64,000 bases of DNA, from NCBI GenBank assembly GCA_964016885.1, contig OZ024740.1, forward strand, positions 353,648,001 through 353,712,000, given 5' to 3'. The notes under the pieces are model-generated. The model was not told the origin of the DNA. It was given only the letters and a program-made list of their open reading frames with translations, and searched no databases. Every line of letters starts with the position of its first letter. Position 1 is the stretch's first letter. A program made the translations under genes and the position numbers. Positions 1 through 13,657 of the stretch are shown piece by piece. This DNA comes from Eledone cirrhosa (lineage: Eukaryota).

Positions 1-453
1 ATGAGGCCTTTTCCAGTAGCTTTCACCCACAGGATTGACAAAAGTACTGGTGGAAAACACGGAATTGTAAGAATAGCGCCAACATAAAATATCCAGTTTA
101 AGTTGATACCAGACATAAACACCATCAGCCCAAGAGGTATTATGCTTATTGTTACCCATACTATACACCAATTTTTGAAGGCTATCAAATCATCTTGATA
201 TTCACGATAAGAGCCATGAGTAGGGCATTCGTAACGGAATCGAGTTGGTTCCTTCTTACTCCGTGCATTACGTGCTTCTAGATCATCTTTACAGCGAGGA
301 CAGGCTGAAACTGTTAAGCATTTGCAAGTCAAGTGGTCACTTAACACTGTTGTGCCACTTCCGCTTACGTTTTGGTCACACAGATCACCGTTTGTTTCCA
401 TTTTTACTTTGGTCTTCCCACACAAAACACATTGATTCCTCTTGAGGTTTCGC
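1..453 (-). CDS. DUR3: DUR3-like urea/solute symporter, coding exon (continues beyond window start)
   Basis: Acceptor ttttcgcAG at 454-455, phase 2 matches the preceding exon. Open frame RNLKRNQCVLCGK...CPTHGSYREYQDDLIAFKNWCIVWVTISIIPLGLMVFMSGINLNWIFYVGAILTIPCFPPVLLSILWVKATGKGL with transmembrane segments like the DUR3 C-terminal half. Absent from the ORF track because it runs off the edge. Confidence 0.85.
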
Positions 454-659
454 CTGCGAAAAAAGAAATTTATATTAATCAGTGAAGTGGAATACCATAT
501 TAATAAGCGAAACCGCAGGGAAAAGCATAACCATCAAATGAAGGGAACTAATTCCAACGGGGAATCGAAACCGAGTATCGCATTTACTTTGTTGAGGACT
601 TATTATCGCTCTACTATTGAGGAAGACAATTCTGGTAGTAGCGATGATAATAGGGATAA

Positions 660-845
660 TAATTGTTTCTACTTTTGGCACAAGGTCAGCAATTATCCCA
701 GTGTATTACTAGTACTTTATTTTATCGACCCCGTAAGGATGAAAAGCAAAGTTAACCTCGGCGGGATTTGAACTCAGAATGGCAAGGGCCGTAACTCTAT
801 GCGTCAAAGCATGGCGTCCGACTCTCTACCAATACTGCCAATCCA
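660..845 (-). mobile_element. tRNA-derived SINE (family A, Nin-like core)
   Basis: Reverse complement of ggattggcagtatcggtaga (A box)...gagttcaaatcc (B box)...gaggttaactttgcctttcatccttacggggtcgataaaataaagtacc; many copies in the window. Confidence 0.85.
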
Positions 846-1710
846 GTAGGATAATAATGATGATGGCAGTGATATGACGATAATAAAAGACTTTTGAATA
901 TTCTGAAGCATTATTGTGCTAATATTTCTCACAGATGCTCATTCAGGCTTTTTTTACATACTTACAAAGCTCTATCAGAAGACTAGATTATTCCAGTTGA
1001 GGGATATTTTAATATCTGTTGTGTTTAAAAGAATAGCTCTGCTATCTAAACCTACTGAAAGTAGCCGCTGCAACGCTACAAATGGAATAATGAATGATAT
1101 TTCGTTATCAGCCTAGAATATGTAAAATAGGCACTGTTATTGATATTTCTACTCTTCTGTGAGATACATGCAGAGGAACAGCAACTGCCATGCTTCTATT
1201 GAGCCCGCGTAATCAATTCCCATCTCAGACCAGAAATTAGACGTGCAAAAGAATAAACTTTCTTGTTCTGATAAAGTTCACCTTGATTGGCTCCATCGTG
1301 TTTTCTCGCCAGAACTTACTTGTACAGAGGAACAAACTAGATAGTGGAGAACATGCTATATACCAGAATTGACTACTGATCTCCATACTAGTGTTTATTT
1401 TCGTATTTGTTCATTGGATCAGGAAGGCACGTGGCTTTGTGGCTATGATCGGAAGGCCGCAGTGGATTCGTATACAGAAATGTAGATTTTCCGACACATT
1501 ACTGTTTCTGTGAAGTCGCTGATCAGTACAAACTCACCACGAGCAGAAGCACTCACCTTATCGAGACTTGAATTGTGTGAAGATCTCATATATGAGAATT
1601 GGCTTATAATGGAATTAAATAAATTACTTAACAATTCTGTGTAGAAAACATGAAACTGACGAAATCAAATAATGATACAACGGATAGTGAAATAGGTTAG
1701 AATAGCATAC

Positions 1711-1876
1711 CTGAATGGTTTTATGTAAGTTTGGTAAATATCATAAACAATAATGGAAGAGACCGCCATCACCTCCCCGGAACCTGTCGACATAAGAGCC
1801 ATCGAACCCATTGTTAGAATCATGATGCCTCCAGCTTCACCGAGGATTTTTTCTGCAATCATTGGTGTCACGAGGC
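1711..1876 (-). CDS. DUR3: DUR3-like symporter exon
   Basis: atAG|...|GTatgc; encodes GLVTPMIAEKILGEAGGIMILTMGSMALMSTGSGEVMAVSSIIVYDIYQTYIKPFR, matching the DUR3/SSF 'STxSxE..AVSS...YDIY..YI.P' motif; phases 1/2 fit neighbours. Confidence 0.92.
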
Positions 1877-2327
1877 CTATATGTAACACGGAAATAATAA
1901 TATAGTAAAATAATAGCAAAAGATATGTTGACAGTTCTGTGACATATATATATATATATGTGTGTGTGGGGGGGGGGGGGGGTGCGTGCGTGTGCGTGTG
2001 CCTGTATGTGAGAGTGTGTGTGTGTATGTGTGTAAACAAACGGAAACAGTATTCAATATGTATTCAAAATATAGAGTTCATATTTACTGGTTAACAATTT
2101 GCGATTCCTTTCATTGTGACTCACGGATTCACATACGCGGCATCGACCAGACAATATTTACTGAATAATGGTGAATGATATGTCCATCTCGCACTAGGTA
2201 GGGGAGCTCTTATTTGTGAACGCGAGTCACGTATTAAAAAATGTGGCATGCTGAAAAAGGCTTTCCTAATGTGATTTAAAAGAGATTACCTAGCCTATGT
2301 CAGGGATAATTGACCAAATCATTTATT

Positions 2328-2520
2328 CAGACCTGTCAACTCTCTCCGTCCGACAGGGAGATCTCCCACCCACTTTGGGATGGGTGAGAGATGCTTTCTC
2401 TTGTGAAAATGGGTATAGCTTTCATTTTGTAAAATCTTCCCATTTTGCCTCATTTCTCCCCGTTTGAGGCGCTTTTTGCATGGTACTCCCCGTTTGGATT
2501 TTTAGGGGATGGCAGGTCTG
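2328..2520. mobile_element. ~190-bp MITE with CAGACCTG(T/C)CA termini
   Basis: TIRs cagacctgtca / tggcaggtctg; related copies at 48205-48353 and 51684-51876. Confidence 0.65.
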
Positions 2521-2547
2521 GTTATTATCTTATATTATTTCATATTC

Positions 2548-2725
2548 AGTGGATTGGCAGTATCGGTAGAGGTTCGGACACCATGCTTTGCAGCATAGAG
2601 TTACGGCCCTTTATGATCTGAGTTCAAATCCAGCCGAGGTTAACTTTGCCTTCCATCCTTACGGGGTCGGTAAAATAAAGTACCAGTCACGCACTGGGGT
2701 CGATTTAATCGACTTTCCCTACTCC
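2548..2725 (+). mobile_element. SINE family A
   Basis: Same consensus with A/B boxes. Confidence 0.85.
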
Positions 2726-4491
2726 CAAATTAATATATATATAAGAAACCATTATTTCATATTCATTTTGTACTTGACAATTTTTCAAGGAATGTTCACA
2801 ATAAATTTCCCGATTATTTGATGAACTTCTTAAAGCAAAAAGTCATCTCCTGGTGAACCGAGACTGCTACCCAGTTTCAAATAATATCAGTTGATAACAG
2901 ATTATTTCAATTATGACTATAATTTAAACGCATGAACGTCACAACATCCCATATGATATTTTCCATAAAGTATAGAATATTTTCATAAAAGAGCCAATAT
3001 ATTTCTCATTTAGAAATTATTACATTTAATGTTTCCTTTATTCCCATGAACTTTTATAAAATATAGAATTGTTCACAAGCGCTTCCCTTGCTATTCGCCG
3101 GGAAACACTTTCTTCATTTTGCCTGAAGCTCTGAACACCACAGATGGTTTTCTAACACCACCCGAGCTCGTTTCATTGGGCTAGCAATTATCGAGGAATC
3201 TTAACTATAATAAAAGGAGGAGTGCAGGACTGCGTCCAGAATATATATATTTTTATCCCATTTGTAAAATAATTTGGATTACTTTGAATAAATAATGAAT
3301 GAATATTACATAATTTATGTACTAAATTTCGTAACTCTTGATTAAATATAAATAATTTTATTGCTTATTTTAAGATTCATTTCTTTAAAATTTTCAAATG
3401 TCAACACTTCCGGTTAGCGCCCGTTATATTATAACATTTATTTTATCGCTTATATAAACATTCATATATTTCCGTCGCTAATTTTCTCCTAATGGAGTTT
3501 ATATATAATATCGTCTTTTTTTTAAATGTATCATGGATTACTTTACTGATTACAGAAGAGAGTGTAACGCAGACTTCGTTAAATTTCTGTGTATATTGTC
3601 AATTACGGTTTCATTTGATGTATATCTATATGTATATATATTTGCGTATAATATCAATATGTAGACTACACATGCTAGCAGAAAACCACCCGAAGTGTGG
3701 TTTTCTGCTTGTCTTGTTTTTTTTTGTGGCATTTAGACTTCTAGTTGTTATTATTTTATGTCTAGATTCTATTTGGATTCTGAACGCAGTGAGCAGGAAC
3801 AAATAGTGACGCATTTTATTCGACGCTCCAACGTCTTTGTCAATTCGTCGCCTTCCATCTGCACCACCCACATAAAAATAGGAGCTCTGCTTTTCATGCA
3901 TTTTACATGTCATAAAAAAGTAAAATGGTTGTTATTCTAGCAGAAATACAAACCATGTCATGAACTCGGCTGGCAGATAATTTACTAATACAATATTTAA
4001 CTTGATATAACGTCAGGAGAGCCACTATACGGTTGGTCGATCTGCTAGATATAACTGCTAAATATCCTCCTCCTACATCGTATTATCTTACATTAGGATA
4101 CGTTAAAGGATCTAGCCTTTGATATACAAGAAGACGAATAATGATCATGTATGGTATGTCTTTGATCGTAGGTCTGCTTGTTGAAGTTGACCAAGTCAAA
4201 ACAACATCACTACCACCACCAACACCAACACCACTACCAACAACAACTCCTCTATAACGACATTTAAAATTGTCTCAACCAATAGATAAGATATTTTTCG
4301 GTTGAAAATTTGGCAGTCCGTTAAAGTTAACCCGAGAACAAATCTACTAATGGCAAATAGATCTGATAATAGACCGCTTAACAATCTGAAGACTGAAAAG
4401 TTTTGTCATACTATGGGACATTTTCGCCATGGATGGTGAATATACTCTTATTTTTTTGTTTTTGTAAAATTAAAAAATAAAGAATAAAAAC

Positions 4492-4780
4492 CTTCATCAA
4501 TTTCGTTAACTGAAAGCATGTGCGTTCCATTTTTCGAGCTGAGAGCGAGATAAGCCATTCCAGTTGTTGTAGCCATACAGGCAGGGACGGAGAACCACAT
4601 GAAACCAGCTAACATAAAACCCCATACTCCTTGGGCAGGTTTAGCTGCGATACGACTTTGCCAAGAGGCCTGGTCACAGAATGTTACTGCTGACGAGACA
4701 AAAATTTCAATCACACCGTATAGAAGAGCAACAGACGATCGAAATGTTAAGTAGCTATTTTGTTCGTTTTCTTCAGGACC
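4492..4780 (-). CDS. DUR3: DUR3-like symporter exon
   Basis: ccAG|GGT...GAA G|GTtttt; encodes GPEENEQNSYLTFRSSVALLYGVIEIFVSSAVTFCDQASWQSRIAAKPAQGVWGFMLAGFMWFSVP..., matching DUR3 'SYLTF.S' and 'F.DQ..WQ..IAA.P' motifs; 289 nt, phase 0/1. Confidence 0.92.
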
Positions 4781-4785
4781 CTGGA

Positions 4786-7700
4786 ATAATAATAATAATA
4801 ATAATAATAATGATGATTTCTTTATTGGCCATAAGGGCTGACATCAAGAAAAACATTACAGACGACACAGGACGGTACAGGACGGTACGATGTGGGTTTT
4901 GTGCGTGTAAAGATTTTTATTATTTATATAAGAAAAGAAAAAGAAAAAGACATAGAAACATATATATAAAGAATAAAAATGAAAATTGAAACAATTAAAA
5001 ATTCCCCAATAGGAGGGAGACCTCCGAGGGTTATTCGTGGCGAAAACCACACAAAATACCATGGCCACCCTGACCACCAGGGCAAGCGCCCTCTCTCAAA
5101 TTTTTCCATTTCTCAAACTAGAGGCGTATATTCAGAGCGGTCCCGTTCACTCGGACCATTCTCGCTACATTCACCCACCTTTCAACAAACTTGCTAGAAG
5201 GCAGCACTTGCCTCTCCATCCTGATTTTCCTCTTCAAGTGAAACTTGAAAAAGTTAATTAGGGATTCGCCGAAGAGGAAAGTGTCTGTCTTTAACCCTTT
5301 CAACCTTGTCCACCACACAATCTCTTTCGCCATGGCCACCAGGCAGATGAAAACCGCCTGCCTTTCCTCCTGGAAGGAAGACGGCGAGACCATCTGCACA
5401 ATGGACTCAGTCGATAACCGGATCAGTCCAACACGCGACAGCAACTGTTCGACATAGCTCCACAAGTCAGCAATGCTCGGGCACTGAACGAGTGCGTGCA
5501 CGACGGTTTCGTCGCTCTGCGCGCATCTCGGACAGGCTCGGCTGACGGCACTTCCGTGCCTGTAGAGCTTATCTCGAACCAGCAACGCTCCCCGGTAGCA
5601 CTGCCAGGCCAGGGATTTTTGGAAGTTATCCATAGGCCCTGGGCTGAAAGTTCTCTGGAAGATAGCAAACAGCTGATCTTCTTCGGCGCCCAGGATCTCT
5701 CCGAGAAAGACGTCGCTTTTCCCCTCCACTAGTCCTCTATAGAACGCCGAGGTGGATGTTCCACCGATACTGGTGCCCAGCTGGCAGAGGGCGGTGAGTG
5801 CCTCGAGACATTCCAGTTTCCAAGCGCTATCCCTCGGTCTTTTCCTGACCCAGGACTGCAGCTCTGTCAAGGAGATGAGCTGTGGGAAAACGTGACTGGC
5901 GAACTGCGACCACACCTGTTCACCGCCAAGGAAGCACCAGAGATGTCGCAGCCTCAGCGCATGTTTGCGCATCACCAGCCATGGCATGCCCAGTCCTCCA
6001 CACAACGGGTGTTGACAGCAGATGGATCGTCTGACCATGGGAGCGCGTCCCTTCCACAAAAAGCGGAAGAGGAGGCGTTCCATTTTGGTGAGAGTTGGGC
6101 CGGGGCAAGGGACGACGGTGAGGCGGTAGCAGATGACGGATGCGATGTACGCATTCGCCACCTCCTCCCGGCCTTTCAGGGACAGCTTCCTCTCGGCCCA
6201 TTTCTGGGTGAGGGAAGCCATCCTGCTCGTCACCACGCTCCAGTTTTTCTCCATCTGGAGGTCCGGTCCGAATCAGACCCCGAGCAATTTAATCGGTCCG
6301 TCCGTACAACGCCCTACGACGCTGTCGGACGGCATGGACTTGCCTATCTAGGTGCCGAGCTGCAAGCTCACCGACTGTTCCTGGTTTATCTTTGCTTCTG
6401 TCACCGCTTCGTATTCCTTGAGAGCGGTGCCGAGAATCTGGACGTATCTGGTGCTCGACACCACCACGGTGATGTCGTCGGCGTAAGCCGACACGGATTT
6501 CCCGCATCCTAGTTCGCGTGGGACGCCCCTCATCGCCCCCAGTTTGTGCAGTAACGGCTCGAGAGCCAATACGTACAAGAAGGACGAGAGGGGACAACCC
6601 TGGCGCCCGAGCGCATGATGTTGAACGGCTGCGACAGGTGACCGTTCACCCTCACAACGGAGAAGATGTCGCTGTACATCGCAGCGATCCAACCCCTGAA
6701 AACGGACCCGAAACCGGCTGCCTTGAGGACCGCCGCCAGGTACCGATGGTCGACCTTATCGAATGCTTTGGATTGATCCATGTTGATCAGGCCCCCACCC
6801 GTGCCAGGTTCCTTAATCACCCTCTCTACGATGTATCGCATGAGGTGGAGGTTGTCGAGTATGGATCTGTCCGCAATGGCGCATGTCTGCGCCTATCCCA
6901 CCAGACCCTCGACGACAAGCGCCAACCTCGTTGCTAACACCTTGGCCCAAATCTTGAACTCTACGTTTAGCAGGGTTATGGGCCTGAAGTTATCGATAAC
7001 ATCCCCCTAGTTCAGGTGTTTTCTCAGCAGCGCCACCGCTCCCCGGCTCACAAAACTGAGAATGCTCCCGTTCTGCTGCCAGTTGCAGTAGACGTCTGCC
7101 AAGAGGTCACCGAACAAGTCTGGCATAAATGCATAAAGCTCGTAGTGCAGACCATCCAAACCTGGCGATTTACCCCTCGTGCAGCTAGCCATTGCTTCCC
7201 GTATTTCACCGGCTGTTATTGGCTTTTCGCAACACTGTGCTGCGGTCGTCGAGAGCCGAGGCAGTCCGTCGAGGTATGCACTGAAGTCCATGCCCGCCGC
7301 TGCTTCCGAACAGTTCAGCAAAGTGCTGCTGAAAAGCCTCACACATCTGCTCGGGTTCGAGCAACATGCGCTCTGGTTCGAGCCACAAACCTAATTGTGG
7401 CTTTGTTGCCACGTCGCGCCTCTGCCACTCGGGCCCATTGGACGGCTTTTGTCCTCTCGTGTTTCAGAGCACGCGCTCTAGCTCTGACAACGCAGCCTTC
7501 GTGTTTTGCGTTGAAGAATTGGTCGAGTGCCAATCTCGTCGCAAGCACGTCGGTTGCGATGCCTGTCCTAAACACCTCTTCTAGCTTTCTGACTAGTTCT
7601 CCTTCTACTCTATTTTCCTCTATCACTAGTCCTTTGCTAAACCTAATCGACTCTACTTTAATTGCCCTTATCAGGGCGAACCACCACCTGTCGTTGACGA

Positions 7701-8337
7701 CCGCTCCCGTCAACGTCCGCTTAACTAATACGCTAATACGGTCTCTGTAGGCTTTGCGCGCCGGGAAAGACGCGTTCAGCTTCCAGTAACTGGGTCCTTG
7801 TCTATGAAGTCTGTCTATGTCGATCTCACAGATCACAAATTTGTGGTCTGTGTAGTCGACTATTTTAAATTGTGGACAACTTATACTAGCCTTATCTAGT
7901 TCTCTGCAGAATACCCTATCGAGATACGATCTGGATGACCCGATGCGGTTTGTCCATGTTCACATTGGCATTTTCGGGTGATCCAGTCGATACCTGTCAG
8001 ACAGTTCAAAACGTCTGAGCAGATTGGTGAGGCTCTTGCACCCTCCTCCCTTATCCCCTAGCTCCACACAATCCCAGCGTGCATCCAAGATACCGTTCCA
8101 GTCGCCCACTAACACTAAAGAGCGGGACGTTCCAAGAAAGGTCTCTAGACGTCTGAAGAAATCTGGCCGTCCTGCCCCAGTTGGGGCGTAGACGGCTACT
8201 AGCCTGAAAGCATTACCTTCGCTGCCGGTCACGTCCAGCACCACCGACTTGCCTTCTGGGTCCAGGAAGATGGCCCGTATGGCGAGATCCAAACCTCTCC
8301 GAAAAAGGACGGCAACCCCTCCCCCGATCCTGGACGG
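4786..8337 (-). mobile_element. L1/Tx1-clade LINE, 5'-truncated, frameshifted ORF2
   Basis: Fragments encode APE endonuclease (VYAPT, GDWN), RT (KSPGLDG, DQSKAFDKVDH, RQGCPLS, YADD) and C-terminal CCHC (CPRC...ETVVHALVQC); AATAAA at 4821-4826 then an (ATT)n tail. Confidence 0.9.
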
Positions 8338-8340
8338 CTG

Positions 8341-8565
8341 GATAATAATAATAATGATTTCTAGTATGGGCAGAAGGCCAGGAATTTGGGGAGAGGGGAA
8401 AGTCGATTGAATCGACCCCAGTGCATTACTGGTGCTTTATTTTATCGACCCCGTAAGGATGAAAGGCAAACTTAACCTCGGTGGGATTTGAATTCAGACC
8501 ATAAAAGGCCGTAACTCTATGCTGCAAGGCATGGTGTCCGACGCTCTACCGATACTGCCAATCCA
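8341..8565 (-). mobile_element. SINE family A with (ATT)n tail
   Basis: Near full-length consensus between two Tx1-like copies. Confidence 0.85.
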
Positions 8566-9135
8566 ATAATAATAATAATAATAATGGCTTCATTTATTAG
8601 CCACAACAGGCAACATATAGGAGACAATACAAAGTCAGGGAGAGTGGGTTTACATTAAAATCGAGGAAAAATACACAATTGCAAAAACAATTAACAATAA
8701 AAATATATCAAAACATATAAAAATATAACAAAATGAATTCTCCAATAGGAGGTGAACCACCCAGGGGCGGCTCAGGTACCCCATCAATCCTGAACCACCC
8801 GATGCTTCGAAGGCACCTAATAAAAATACTCCTCCCCTCAAATTAATCAGCCACATTCACCCACCTTTTAACAAATGTACTGGAGATCAGCACTTCTCTC
8901 TCCACCCTCACATTCCTTTCCAAGTGAAACTTGAAAAAGTCGATGAGAGATTGGTCGAAGAGAAAAGTGCCTGTCTTCAGTCTTTACAACCTTTCGCTAC
9001 CGCCACCACATGGAAGAACATTGCCTGCCTTTCTCGACCAAAAGAAGGCGGCAGAGCGATCTTCCCTATGGACTCTGTTGATAGCCGGATCCGTTCTACA
9101 CGCAACAACAGCTGTTCAACATTCTCCCCGGCTCT
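8566..9135 (-). mobile_element. Degenerate 3' fragment of a related L1/Tx1 LINE
   Basis: Clear similarity to 5000-5460 (cattcacccacctt, caagtgaaacttgaaaaagt, atggactc.gt.gata.ccggatc); ends in an (ATT)n tail. Confidence 0.75.
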
Positions 9136-9255
9136 GCCAATTTGCTACCTACTCAGATGGATACCACTTGATCTATAGTATATATAGAATAAATCACTTT
9201 GGCAAAGTATACTCTAAATTACATACATGCATTAAAGAAACACTTTTAAAGCCAC

Positions 9256-9410
9256 GTACATTCCCGTACTGCCGAGCTCCTCCGCAAGATCGGAGCGTCG
9301 GCGGCCCGTTTGAGGAGGGAGCCTCGCGAGGTTGGGTAGCTGTTGCAGCGGGTGTATCTGGCCATCTTTCGGGGGAGTGCTTTTGAAGTTTTGTCAGCTG
9401 GGCGCAGCAC
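9256..9410 (+). mobile_element. CRE-like non-LTR retrotransposon 3' (RLE) fragment
   Basis: RTAELLRKIGASAARLRREPREVG*LLQRVYLAIFRGSAFEVL, homologous to 48920-49110. Confidence 0.55.
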
Positions 9411-11084
9411 TGCAGCGCTCTTGCCCAAGGCCCAAAGCCCAATCAGCCTCCCCTCTCTTCTGCGACACCAATATTTCCCTATTCTTTCTTTCCCCTTGTT
9501 TCCCCTTCTTTTTCATTATTTTTATGTAGGTAATAAACTATCGGATAAAAGTTAAATATTTTAGCCACCAGCACAACGCAACGCTCGCAGAAGGATGCGA
9601 ACCATTGATACTTTACACTTCATTTACACGGTAAGCGGTATAGTGACACTCCAAAAATGTAGCTTCGTCCTTAATCTATCGTGAAATTATTTATTCGGCT
9701 TCGTATATTCAAGTGAAATTAGCTCAAAATTGTTATTCATTAGGTAATTCATATCCTGGAGAAAATTACAGATTACACTGCAATATTTACACAATTTATA
9801 TTAAGTATATATTCACTATTGTTTAACATTGTCACACAGAAACTATTAATCTTCTTAGAGGGGCAGCAACTCTTTTGTGAAGAAGATTAACACCAAATAT
9901 ATTTCCTTGAGGTGTTTTAAATAAATCATGATATTGGTGATAAATGTAATATTGTACATAAATCACCATATAATGATTTATTACCAAGGCATGGCAATAT
10001 CAGATTTATAGGTAAGAAACTTGATATAAAATTTCTGAGGGCATTAGCGCTCGATATAAAATCTACAGTATAATGCATCAATTTAAGCTTCAGAGTTTCA
10101 CAGGGTAAACCTCGTTAGGTTAGCATCAGTTATGTATGTCAGAGTTAATTTTGACACTAATGCAGAAAAAAAAAACGAATTTTTTTATTTTTTGTTTTCC
10201 ATATGAAAATGCCGAATTTTCTAAATTAACACATTTTAAATTATTTTTGTTCCTTCCCAGTCCTTTGAACGAATATTGCTCATATATCTGTCATGGTATA
10301 TTCACAATGAAACGTCCCTTCTGGGTTAGCTGTGAAAAATGTATAACCCAAAGAAAAAGAAACCACATATCTAAGAAAATGGAAAACTATAATCATCCGA
10401 AAAATTGAATATACTGTTTATTTAAACTGTTCTTGTTTATTACCACTACTAACACTAACACAACAAACTGTGGTATCCCGGATATTGATTTCTATGTATG
10501 GGTCCACAATTCCTAATGGAGTCGTAGGGACGCCGTCGTGAAGTACGGTGAGTCTTAGGCATTTAAACCTGGCGGAGCTCATATTCTCTCCCGGCATGAA
10601 CACAGCCGGTTTCTTCTAGAGAAGGAGAGAGAGGGGAGAGAAAGAAAGAGAGAGAAAGAAAGAGAGAGAAAGAAAGAGAGAGAAAGAAAGAGCGAGAAAG
10701 AAAGAAGAGGAGTGAGTGTGTGGGAAAAAGAAGAAATGTGAAAGAGATATAGAGAAAGAATCGGCTCCAGTGTTGGACTGTTATTTGATTTATTAACCAC
10801 AAAAGGACGAAAGACAACCCCGACTTGATTTGAACTCGCAACGCAGCGAACCAAAACGAATACCACGAACAATTCTATACAACGTCCTAACGACTCTGCT
10901 AATTCACTACCAATTTATTTCTATCATATTACCTGAATTCAGTCATTACATAAGCATTATAGGTGTAGACACAGCCATGTAGTAATAGGTGGCCTAGGGT
11001 TCGATCCAACTGCGTGAAACCACATACCAAATAACAGCTTGTGAGTGTAACATTTGGAAGACGGTAACTGTGCAGAAGTCTGTT

Positions 11085-11645
<561 letters not shown>

Positions 11646-12065
11646 CAAAGATAATTGAGTTGCATTACGTTGAGTTTTTTCCTACTATTGCATCATGGGT
11701 AACTATACGAAATGAATAGTTCTATCCAGTGGTGAACCACCAACTTCAATGAATATATATATATATATATATATACAATACATTAACAGAGAAAGCTTTA
11801 AGCTTTACTCTGACTGGCTTCCATCTCACTCAACAAACATTAGGATATACCTTAGTATAATCCCAATTTTACGTTTGGGGTGCTAACTATATGTATTTTG
11901 CGGATAGCCAGTTGTATTATTTTATATGTGACATAATTAAAATATATCTCCCTTTCCAAACAATTGTTATATATATATATATATATATATTATGTATATA
12001 TATATATTATGAATATATATATATATATATTATGTATATATATATATATATATTATGAATATATA

Positions 12066-12200
12066 TCGACCCCGTAAGGATGAAAGGCAAAATTAACCTC
12101 GACGGGATTTGAACTCAGACCATAAAGGGACGTAACTATGCTGCAAAGCATGGCGTCCAACCCTCTACCGATACTGCCAATTCACATATTAATAAGGGCC

Positions 12201-12238
<38 letters not shown>

Positions 12239-12930
12239 ATATATATATATATATATATACATAATATATATATATATTATGTATATATATATATATATAT
12301 TATGTATATATATATATATATATTATGTATATATATATATATATATTATGTATATATATATATATATATTATGTATATATATATATATATATATTATGTA
12401 TATATATATATATATATTATGTATATATATATATATATATATTATGTATGTATATATATATATATATATTATGTATATATATAAATATATATTATGTATA
12501 TATATATATATATATATTATGTATATATATATATTATGTATATATATATATTATGTATATATATATATATATATATTATGTATATATATATATATATAAG
12601 GTGGCCCTTATTAATATGTGAATTGGCAGTATCCGTAGAGGGTTGGACGCCATGCTTTGCAGCATAGTTACGTCCCTTTATGGTCTGAGTTCAAATCCCG
12701 TCGAGGTTAATTTTGCCTTTCATCCTTACGGGGTCGATAAAATAAAGTACCAGTAATGTACTGAGTAATTGCTGGCCTTGTGCCAAAATTAGAAATAATT
12801 ATTTTTGCATAAGAGTTCAAATCGCGCCGAGGTTACATTTGCCTTTCATCCTTACGGAGTCGATAAAATAAAGTACCCGTAATGCACTGGGATTATTGCT
12901 GGCCTTGTGCCAAAAGTAGAAACAATTATT
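12066..12930. mobile_element. SINE family A inverted pair plus tandem partial copy
   Basis: 12066-12206 is the reverse complement of 12597-12737; a further partial copy lies at 12813-12930. Confidence 0.8.
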
Positions 12931-13310
12931 TTTGCATAAGAGAGTATTTAGTGGCAGTTGGGTATGTTTGACAGTTTTCGGTAACGATCTGTAAAACAAA
13001 TTGATTCATCTTTTTTGAGAATGTTATTGTATTCCTGAATGAGTTTGACACGTCTTTCTGCAACAACCGTCTTCTCAAGTTTTTCAAGTCCACTTTTGTA
13101 ACCAGGATCATCCTTCCATGTTGAAGGGTCTTTGTCGAGGAAATCGGTGCTGATAGAAAATCTCGCGATGGAAGTTTTTGTACCAGGAGTTACAAAAGAC
13201 GATGTTTGTAAAGGAAGAAAAGTCATTTTCGTGCAGAATATACCTCTTCAGTTGATTTTATCACCTTTGTCTGCTTCCAGCATAACTTGAGCAATATTTT
13301 CCTTAACCTC
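12597..13310. mobile_element. hAT-like DNA transposon remnant interrupted by SINE copies
   Basis: Starts with TAAGGTGGCCCTTA, the same terminus as the MITE at 14057; minus-strand remnant FLDKDPSTWKDDPGY...AERRVKLIQEYN resembles a transposase C-terminal motif. Confidence 0.45.
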
Positions 13311-13616
13311 TCCCTGCTCTCCTTGCCCTCTTTTTCTCCTTGCTCTCCTTAACCTCCCTTTCTCCTTGCTCTCCTTGCTCTCCTTTTCTCATTGTTCTCC
13401 GTTTATCCTTCCCCTCCTTTGATCATTTCTCCTCTTGCTCTTCTTTTCTCATTGACTCCTTGCTCTCCTTTTCTCATTGCTCCCTTTTTCTGCTTGCTCC
13501 CCCTTCTTTTTGTATCTATGTACTTGTTTATATACAAATACAATGAGAAAAGGGGAGCAGGAGAAATAGGAAAGCAAAGATAGTAAGGAGTTAGTATTAT
13601 ATACATATCATATCAT

Positions 13617-13656
<40 letters not shown>

Positions 13657-13657
<1 letters not shown>

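Noticed and set aside
5892-7750. Plus-strand ORFs of 140-240 aa over the Tx1 element
   Set aside because: Antisense shadows of GC-rich LINE coding sequence.
10932-11080. Possible DUR3 exon (donor-like AG|GTAATA at 10932)
   Set aside because: Exons 15152-14805 and 4780-4492 already join in frame with continuous DUR3 similarity; the peptide is unrelated.
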